Of a stretch of 64,000 nucleotides of DNA, positions 57,233-64,000 are shown in pieces. The translations under genes were made by a program, and so were the position numbers. Each line of letters starts with the position of its first letter. Within the stretch, counting starts at the first letter, position 1. Below the pieces are notes generated by a model. That model was not told the DNA's origin. It saw only the letters and a list, made by a program, of their open reading frames with translations, and searched no databases. This DNA comes from an uncultured Candidatus Saccharibacteria bacterium (GTDB lineage Bacteria; Patescibacteriota; Minisyncoccia; Phycocordibacterales; UBA9973), in NCBI GenBank assembly GCA_964482735.1, contig CAYZYV010000004.1:65737-129736 (forward strand). The letters run 5' to 3'.

Positions 57233-57715
57233 ATGAAAAAATTAAAAGCTAAAACAGATATTATAGTTCCTTTTGTTTTTGTTGGTGCGGTAGTGGTATT
57301 AGTAGTATTTTTGTTAATTAAAAACAATGCAAAGATTTCTACTCCTGTAACTATTCCCACTACATTAGATAACACAAAAGAAGAAACAAATAATATCGAA
57401 ACAAATAATATGCAAGAAAAAATTTCAAAAGAAGGAGATGTTTTAACAATGAATTACACAGGTCGCTTAGAGAATGGTACAGTTTTTGATTCAAATGTTT
57501 TACCACAGTTTGGACATGTTGAACCATTTGAATTTACTCTAGGGGCAGGACAAGTTATTGCTGGTTGGGACGAAGGACTAGTTGGGATGAAAATTGGTGA
57601 TAAAAAAACCTTAGTTATTCCTCCAGAAAAAGGTTATGGTAATAGAGAAATTGGGGGTGTAATTCCAGCCAATTCAACTCTTATTTTTGAGGTTGAACTT
57701 GTTGGTATAAAATAA
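57233..57715 (+). CDS. FKBP-type peptidyl-prolyl isomerase with membrane anchor
   Basis: YTGRL..G.VFDS, VIAGWDEG and IPANSTLIFEVEL motifs. Confidence 0.95.
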   Translation: MKKLKAKTDIIVPFVFVGAVVVLVVFLLIKNNAKISTPVTIPTTLDNTKEETNNIETNNMQEKISKEGDVLTMNYTGRLENGTVFDSNVLPQFGHVEPFEFTLGAGQVIAGWDEGLVGMKIGDKKTLVIPPEKGYGNREIGGVIPANSTLIFEVELVGIK

Positions 57716-57718
57716 TAT

Positions 57719-59260
57719 ATGACAAAATTTAAACTATTTTTACACAAAAATATAAAGCGAAAAAGATTTTGGATTATTGGTGCTGTTGTTTTGCTTGTTG
57801 TTATTCCAATTATTTTTAGACCAAGTAAGAATGTTCAAAACACAACTACCGATACAGTAAAACTAGTTGATCTTAAACAAACAATCTTGGCAACAGGACA
57901 GGTTGTTTCAAATACCGATATTGAACTATCTTTCCGTTCAAGCGGAACTGTTCGAGACATTAAAGTTAAGGTAGGAGATAAGGTAAAGAAGGGAGATATG
58001 ATAGCTAGCCTAGGTGGTGACACAGAGAAGGCTAGTTTAACAACAGCCAAAGGTGTTTTGCTCGCCGCTCAAGCTAGATACAAAAGAGTAATAGAAGGCG
58101 CTTCCAACGAAGAAATAAATCTTTCGAGAGTAGCTTTAGAGAATGCAAAAATAGAATTAGAAAATACAAAAAAATCTCAGGATATAATTTTACAAAATGC
58201 ATACCACAATTTATTAAATTCCACGCCTGAAGCAATTCCTTCTGATGGTGATGATGATTACACTGCCCCTACGATAAGTGGTAATTATTCTCTTGGTAAA
58301 GAGGGGGTTATTAAGCTTAAACTGTATTCAAGTGCTGGGGGTATTAGCTATGAAGCTTCTGGTTTAACTACAGGCACTGGTATCAGCAATACGATAACCG
58401 CTCAACCAGTAGGTAATTCTGGGTTGTTTATTAAGTTTCCAGAAAATTATGGTTTAGATGTAAAAGAATGGATTATCGAAATTCCAAACAAAAAAGCTTC
58501 TAATTATCTTACCAATTACAACGCATATCAAGCTGCTCTAAAATCAAAAGATAACGCTATTGCGAGTGCCGAAGCAATGGTTGCTCAAAGACAAGCAGAG
58601 TATAATTTGAAAATTGCAGGAGCTAGAGGAACAGATATAGACATGGCAAATGCCGAAGTTCTCCAGGCAGAAGGAAGTTATGAACAAGCTCTAGCGAAGT
58701 ATAACGATACTTTGATAACAGCCCCTGTTGATGGGACTATTACTAGTATTGATACAAAAATAGGGGAATTAGCAACTCCGAATAAGAGAGCTTTTCTTCT
58801 TGAAGATGTTTCTAATATGTATGTTGAAGCTTATATCAACGAAGCCAATGTCTCGATGCTTACATCTGGCCTTCCTGTAGATATTTCGTTTGATGCCTTC
58901 GGTACAGATAAAATTTGGAACGGAGCAATAACTTTTATTGATCCAAGTTTTAATCTTATCTCTGGTGTAGTTAATTACAAAGTTAAAGCAAGTATTCCTC
59001 TTGTAGAAGGTTTGAAGCCAGGCATGACAGCTAACATGACGATCAAGGCAGAAGAAAAAAACGGCGTTCTTGTTGTGCCAACCAGAGCAATCATTACAGA
59101 TAAAACAGGAGATAAAACTATTCGTCTAATAACCAATACAAAGAAAAAGAAATGGAAAGAAATTCCTATCGTAACAGGTATGGAAGGGGATGGAGGTATG
59201 ACGGAGATAACAAACGGACTTAACGAAGGAGATGAAATTGTTGTCCTAATTAAAAAATAA
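57719..59260 (+). CDS. Efflux periplasmic adaptor (MacA/HlyD-like)
   Basis: Lipoyl halves VKVGDKVKKG and ITAPVDGTI; LKPGMTA. Confidence 0.9.
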   Translation: MTKFKLFLHKNIKRKRFWIIGAVVLLVVIPIIFRPSKNVQNTTTDTVKLVDLKQTILATGQVVSNTDIELSFRSSGTVRDIKVKVGDKVKKGDMIASLGGDTEKASLTTAKGVLLAAQARYKRVIEGASNEEINLSRVALENAKIELENTKKSQDIILQNAYHNLLNSTPEAIPSDGDDDYTAPTISGNYSLGKEGVIKLKLYSSAGGISYEASGLTTGTGISNTITAQPVGNSGLFIKFPENYGLDVKEWIIEIPNKKASNYLTNYNAYQAALKSKDNAIASAEAMVAQRQAEYNLKIAGARGTDIDMANAEVLQAEGSYEQALAKYNDTLITAPVDGTITSIDTKIGELATPNKRAFLLEDVSNMYVEAYINEANVSMLTSGLPVDISFDAFGTDKIWNGAITFIDPSFNLISGVVNYKVKASIPLVEGLKPGMTANMTIKAEEKNGVLVVPTRAIITDKTGDKTIRLITNTKKKKWKEIPIVTGMEGDGGMTEITNGLNEGDEIVVLIKK

Positions 59261-59261
59261 A

Positions 59262-59975
59262 ATGCTTATAGAGTTAAAAAATATTTTTAAAAGTTATGAT
59301 AACGGTGGCGTTGTCACTCGTGTTTTACACGGTATAAATCTAGAAGTAGAAGAAGGAGAATTTATCGCAATCATGGGACCATCTGGTTCCGGTAAATCAA
59401 CATTGATGCACATAATTGGTTTTCTAGATAGAGCAACAAAAGGAAAATATTTTTTTGACGGCCAAGACACTGCGCACTTAACTGACGATGAATTGGCTCA
59501 TATTAGAAATGAGCGTATTGGTTTTGTCTTCCAATCTTTTAATCTCTTACCCAGAACCACAGTTTTAGACAATGTTATTTTGCCTTTATTTTATAGTAAA
59601 ACAAAAACAGGTCTAGAAGCGAAAGCTAAAGAAGCTCTCAGAGCGGTTGATTTGGAAGATAGAATGCAACATTTGAGTAATCAAATTTCTGGAGGACAAA
59701 AGCAAAGAGTTGCGATAGCAAGAGCTCTGATCTGTGATCCGAAAGTAATTTTTGCCGATGAGCCGACTGGTAATTTGGATTCAAAAAGCGGAAGTACTGT
59801 TATGCACATTCTAGAAAAATTAAACGATGAAGGTCGTACAATTATTCTCGTGACTCATGATGAAGATGTTGCCATGCACGCAAAGAGAATAGTTACTATC
59901 CGTGACGGTGAAATTGTCAGTGATGAAAAAGTTCCAGAGAAAATGAGGGTGCACTCGAAAGTTTTGGAAGAATAA
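59262..59975 (+). CDS. ABC transporter ATP-binding protein (MacB/LolD-like)
   Basis: [19 protein letters not shown] and ADEPTGNLD motifs. Confidence 0.95.
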   Translation: MLIELKNIFKSYDNGGVVTRVLHGINLEVEEGEFIAIMGPSGSGKSTLMHIIGFLDRATKGKYFFDGQDTAHLTDDELAHIRNERIGFVFQSFNLLPRTTVLDNVILPLFYSKTKTGLEAKAKEALRAVDLEDRMQHLSNQISGGQKQRVAIARALICDPKVIFADEPTGNLDSKSGSTVMHILEKLNDEGRTIILVTHDEDVAMHAKRIVTIRDGEIVSDEKVPEKMRVHSKVLEE

Positions 59976-59978
59976 AAT

Positions 59979-61241
59979 ATGAAAAATTTAATAAGAGATA
60001 TAAAACTTACAATAAAGGGCCTACTCACAAGAAAGGGGAGATCTTTTTTGACAATTCTCGGTATTATTATCGGGGTTGCAGGAGTGATAGTTATTATCTC
60101 TTTGGGAGCGGGTGCTCAGTCTCTAGTTGTTGGACAGATTAGTAAACTTGGTACGAATCTAGTTGGTGTTTTGCCAGGTAAGGGAAACGAAAAAGGTCCT
60201 CCCGCTTCTGTTTTTGGAGTTCAGATAAAAACACTTTCTTCCTATGATCTAGAATCAATTAAAAATAAAAATAACGTTCCTAATGCGACAGCCGTTGCCC
60301 CTTTTGTTCGTGGAAGTGTGACGATTGTTGCCGGTAAGGAGAGTGTAGATACCACGTTTAATGCCACTAGTGGAGAATACCCCCTAGTTCAAAGTGTGTC
60401 TCTCGAAGAAGGATATTTTTTTAGCGAGGAGGAGTCCCGCTCTGGATCAAATGTCATTGTTATTGGTTATGATATAGCAGAGGCCCTTTTCCCTGACGGC
60501 AAGTCTTTAGGAAAAGTTGTAAAACTAAAAATGAACAATGATTCAAACGGCGTACCTTTTCGTGTTGTTGGCGTTCAGAAAAAGATGGGGACTGTCGCTT
60601 TTGAAAACCAAGACGATTTAGTCTATGTTCCTTTTATCGTTGGACAAAGACAATTACTTGGTATTGATTACATTCAATTCATTCGCATCAAGGTAGATCA
60701 AGAAATAAATATAGATAAAACAATGGAAGATATCAGAAGAGTTATCAGAGAAAATCATCGAATCAAAGATCCGACCAACGATGATTTTGATGTTAGAAAC
60801 CTTTCCGAGGCACTCGAAATGATTACGAGTATTACGGATGTTCTAAGAGTGTTTCTAGGTTTGATGGCCGGAATATCTTTGATTGTTGGAGGTATTGGAA
60901 TTATGAATATAATGCTTGTGACAGTTTCTGAGAGAACGAGAGAAATAGGTCTTAGAAAAGCGATTGGGGCAACAAGTAAAAAAATAATGAATCAATTTCT
61001 CCTTGAAGCTATTGTGATTACTTCTCTCGGTGGCGTATTTGGAATTATTTTAGGTGTAATCATTTCATATTTAATAGCAGTTGGAGTACGCTTTGCCGGG
61101 TATGATTGGGAGTTTATAATTTCTCCTTTTGCTATTATTTTAGCTGTATCTGTCTCTGTCCTAACAGGTATTATCTTTGGACTTTATCCTGCTAGAAAAG
61201 CGTCAAAATTAGATCCTATAGAAGCTTTAAGATATGAATAA
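59979..61241 (+). CDS. ABC transporter permease (MacB/FtsX-like)
   Basis: RSFLT.LGI.IG, GGIGIMNIM, ERTREIG and LDPIEALRYE motifs. Confidence 0.93.
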   Translation: MKNLIRDIKLTIKGLLTRKGRSFLTILGIIIGVAGVIVIISLGAGAQSLVVGQISKLGTNLVGVLPGKGNEKGPPASVFGVQIKTLSSYDLESIKNKNNVPNATAVAPFVRGSVTIVAGKESVDTTFNATSGEYPLVQSVSLEEGYFFSEEESRSGSNVIVIGYDIAEALFPDGKSLGKVVKLKMNNDSNGVPFRVVGVQKKMGTVAFENQDDLVYVPFIVGQRQLLGIDYIQFIRIKVDQEINIDKTMEDIRRVIRENHRIKDPTNDDFDVRNLSEALEMITSITDVLRVFLGLMAGISLIVGGIGIMNIMLVTVSERTREIGLRKAIGATSKKIMNQFLLEAIVITSLGGVFGIILGVIISYLIAVGVRFAGYDWEFIISPFAIILAVSVSVLTGIIFGLYPARKASKLDPIEALRYE

Positions 61242-62532
61242 CTTAAAAAAAATAAAAAATTCTATATTTGGAAATCCATACCTTCTCCAAGCTATACGAG
61301 GGGTTCGTTCTAGTGGATCGAGGACGATTCTAACTACGATAAGTATTATGATCGGAATAGGAACTGTGGTTTTTGTTCTCTCGGCCGGTGAGGGGTTTAA
61401 AAGTTATATCAATGCTCAAGTTGAAGCTTTTGGAACAAACACGATATTTATAGAAACCGCCGTGCCTTCTTCTACTAAAGCTCGTTCAGCTGGCGATTCT
61501 GAAAATTCTCAAGCGAACAATCAAGCAACTAATGCTGTTCAAATAACAAGTCTTAAATACAGAGATGTTGAAGATGTTAAAACTTTACCTAATGTAAAAA
61601 ATGGTTATGGGGTTGCAATGGCACAACAAATATCTTCTTACAAAGATGTCTCGAAAAATGCTTTTATTTTCGGCTCTGATTCTTCTCGTTTTGAAATAGA
61701 AAGTACTGTGATAGAGAATGGTAGACCATATACAAGAGAAGAAGATCGCTCGTTAGCCCAAGTTGCAATTTTAGGAAGTAAAATCGCCGAAGATTTTTTT
61801 GGGCTAGATGATCCAATTGGAAAATTTATTAGAATTGGAAGTTACAATTTTGAAGTTGTAGGTGTATATGAACCAAAGGGAAACGCAAGCTTCATGAATG
61901 AAGATGAACAGATCTATGTTCCACTTTCTACTCTTCAGAAAAAAATACTAGGCATTGATTATCTTTTTTATGCTGTTTTAGAACTAGAAGACAACAACAA
62001 GGATGATGTAACTGCTCTAGCTGTTGCTGACCTATTGAGGAATAATCACAATATTTCTGATCCGTTAAAAGATGATTTCAAGGTTACAACCCAGGAAGAA
62101 AATCTTGCAACTTTTGAAACTATTTTGTCTGTTATAAAACTTCTTCTGATTGCAATAGCCTCTATCTCTCTTATTGTCGGTGGGGTAGGAGTTATGAATA
62201 TAATGTATGTGGCAGTTACCGAGAGGGTTTCTGAAATTGGACTTAAAAAAGCAATAGGGGCTACAAATAAAAATATTCTTTATGAGTTTGTTACCGAGGC
62301 TATTATTCTGACATTGATAGGTGGAGTAGTAGGAGTTCTGTTCGGATCTATTTTAGGACTCGCTACTTCCGTCGTAGCCAACAATCTGGGATTAACTTGG
62401 AAATTTGTAGTTCCGGTTTCGGGAATTATCTCTTCTCTTTTGGTATCAATGTCTATAGGTCTAGTTTTTGGTGTCTTTCCAGCTAAAAACGCTTCAAAAT
62501 TGAACCCTATAGAAGCTTTAAACAAAGAGTAA
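61234..62532 (+). CDS. ABC transporter permease (MacB/FtsX-like), second copy
   Basis: GGVGVMNIM, ERVSEIGLKKA and LNPIEAL motifs. Confidence 0.93.
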   Translation: MNNLKKIKNSIFGNPYLLQAIRGVRSSGSRTILTTISIMIGIGTVVFVLSAGEGFKSYINAQVEAFGTNTIFIETAVPSSTKARSAGDSENSQANNQATNAVQITSLKYRDVEDVKTLPNVKNGYGVAMAQQISSYKDVSKNAFIFGSDSSRFEIESTVIENGRPYTREEDRSLAQVAILGSKIAEDFFGLDDPIGKFIRIGSYNFEVVGVYEPKGNASFMNEDEQIYVPLSTLQKKILGIDYLFYAVLELEDNNKDDVTALAVADLLRNNHNISDPLKDDFKVTTQEENLATFETILSVIKLLLIAIASISLIVGGVGVMNIMYVAVTERVSEIGLKKAIGATNKNILYEFVTEAIILTLIGGVVGVLFGSILGLATSVVANNLGLTWKFVVPVSGIISSLLVSMSIGLVFGVFPAKNASKLNPIEALNKE

Positions 62533-62583
62533 AAGATCTCAAACACGACACAAATACACAAATGGGTGCGAATGACACGAATA

Positions 62584-62653
62584 AACAGCCGAGGTCTTTC
62601 CTCGTACGAGGTCGGACCTAGTACGAGGTCCGACCTCGGCTGTTATCCACAGG
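62584..62653. repeat. REP-like palindrome with one extra 17-bp unit
   Basis: AACAGCC-(GAGGTCnnnCCTnGTAC)x2-GAGGTCCGACCTC-GGCTGTTATCCACAGG. Confidence 0.85.
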
Positions 62654-62831
62654 TGGTCCGAGAAAACTTGTTTTGGAGCATTAAAAACAGTAGGGCCTAG
62701 ATTTTTCTTGGTTTGACAATACCATATAAATATGCTATACTATATATAGTGTAAGTTCTTTACAAAGAAGGTATTAAATTGTTCTCACAGGTTCTTTTTA
62801 GAGGTTGTGAAAACAATTTAATACTGATGTT

Positions 62832-63455
62832 ATGGAAAGTTTTGTAGAAATTCAGAATTGGGGATTCAATGCTCTAATTCTTTCTGCCCTTATGACTGTG
62901 GTTTTTTCGATTTTTCAATGTTATGGTTTTGTGATGCAGGGCCGTAAGATATTTAAAGAAAAATCAGTAGAAGCAATTTCGCCAGCTATGTTCTTCTTGT
63001 TTCTTTTCTATTTTATAGCCTTTGCTTATTATGGAGTAGAAAAAAGGAGTTTGGCTATGACACTTAACGGATTGTTGTTTATTCCAGTAATTCCTATTGT
63101 TTTCGGAATCTTCAAGTTTAAAGACAAGATTGTATTTACAGATATAATTTTATTTGTCTTGACTATGATGATTGTTCCGGCAATGGTATTAATTGAAAAT
63201 AAAGATATTCTTTTGAGTTTATTGCTGGTGATTAATTTGGGAGCACTAGTGTCTCAACTATTGGCTATTATCAAAAACAAAGGAGCTGGAGCTGTGGAGA
63301 TAAAATTTATAATTATTTTCACGGTCACATCGTTTTTCTGGTTGATATATGCAATAGGTATACAGAATTATCCATTAATATGTTTCAATTCTGCAGCTCT
63401 TGTAGTGTATTTGATAATTATCTTGCTCTACAGAAAATATCTGCCGAAAAAATAG
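62832..63455 (+). CDS. Membrane protein resembling duplicated PQ-loop/SemiSWEET repeats
   Basis: Q..KI.K.KSVEAIS and Q...I.K.K.AG.V...FWLIY.I repeats. Confidence 0.6.
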   Translation: MESFVEIQNWGFNALILSALMTVVFSIFQCYGFVMQGRKIFKEKSVEAISPAMFFLFLFYFIAFAYYGVEKRSLAMTLNGLLFIPVIPIVFGIFKFKDKIVFTDIILFVLTMMIVPAMVLIENKDILLSLLLVINLGALVSQLLAIIKNKGAGAVEIKFIIIFTVTSFFWLIYAIGIQNYPLICFNSAALVVYLIIILLYRKYLPKK

Positions 63456-63560
63456 TAAAATCTTAGGAGGCTCTATAAACCATTGTGGTTTATAGAGCCT
63501 TTCTTGTTTTTTTTTGGGGGGTGTCTTCTTAAGAGGGAGGTTTTAGTGTATAATGGACCT

Positions 63561-64000
63561 ATGCAAGAATTATTAAAAGACAAAAAGGTTAGTATAACCA
63601 TTCTTATATTATTAGTAGTTTTGGGTTTGTTTTTATTCGTTCAATTTATAAACAGTATTAAAGCCAATCGATATATCGGCCGAGAATACAGTGTAAACAC
63701 TATTTATGTAACAGGGGAAGGGGAAGTAAGTGCTGTTTCAGATATTGCTACTTTGAATATCAATCTAAGTAAAGAAGCTGTCACTGCAAAAGAGGCTCAA
63801 AGTCTTCTAAATGAATCAATTACAAAAGTTCTTGATTATCTAAAAGAACAAAAGATTGCTGATGAAGATATCAAATCAGAGTACGGTGGAATTTCTCCTA
63901 AGTACACTTATGAGACGAAACCTTGCTATATATATCCTTGTCCTCCAAGAGAAGAAAAAATTGTTGGATATACAGCAAATCAATCTATCACAGTTAAAGT
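63561..64000 (+). CDS. SIMPL (DUF541) family protein, truncated by the window end
   Basis: TM segment, TIYVTGEGEV.A..DIA and GYTANQSITVK motifs. Confidence 0.85.
   Translation, partial: MQELLKDKKVSITILILLVVLGLFLFVQFINSIKANRYIGREYSVNTIYVTGEGEVSAVSDIATLNINLSKEAVTAKEAQSLLNESITKVLDYLKEQKIADEDIKSEYGGISPKYTYETKPCYIYPCPPREEKIVGYTANQSITVK

Noticed and set aside
1137-62561. Numerous antisense ORFs inside housekeeping genes (e.g. 1137-1505, 12647-13009, 27968-28444, 41901-42377)
   Set aside because: Ser/Phe/Leu-rich shadows of Lys/Glu-rich sense genes.
1-64000. CRISPR array or cas genes
   Set aside because: No series of three or more equal repeats with unique spacers was seen; repeats occur as pairs or palindromes.

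Overview
AT-rich bacterial chromosomal segment in genetic code 11 (TGA is used as a stop). It looks like Patescibacteria/CPR (Parcubacteria-like); this is inferred from reduced gene content, class II RNR, tRNA-Arg(GCG), leaderless genes and CPR-type pilins. Housekeeping genes (tsaE, polA, mutM, ruvA, rpsT, ruvX, rplS, nrdJ, tpiA, pgk, recJ, rnhA, comEC, rpmB, rpsL, rpsG, fusA) alternate with tRNA-anchored accessory modules. The main result is two complete and distinct diversity-generating retroelements (DGRs). DGR2 (45772-48411) diversifies the C-terminal CLec/DUF1566-like domain of a type IV prepilin fusion; all 17 TR/VR mismatches are at TR adenines. Two non-target paralogous pilins lie at 9859 and 42805. 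DGR1 (33310-35805) has an antisense avd gene between TR and RT, a G11 tract, and 77-bp flanking direct repeats, and sits in a tRNA-His cassette array. The window also holds several families of small hairpin elements (some with long target duplications), homing-endonuclease-like ORFs next to four tRNAs, a serine-recombinase island and two disrupted genes. Alignments were done by eye and protein family calls come from motif recognition, not database searches.
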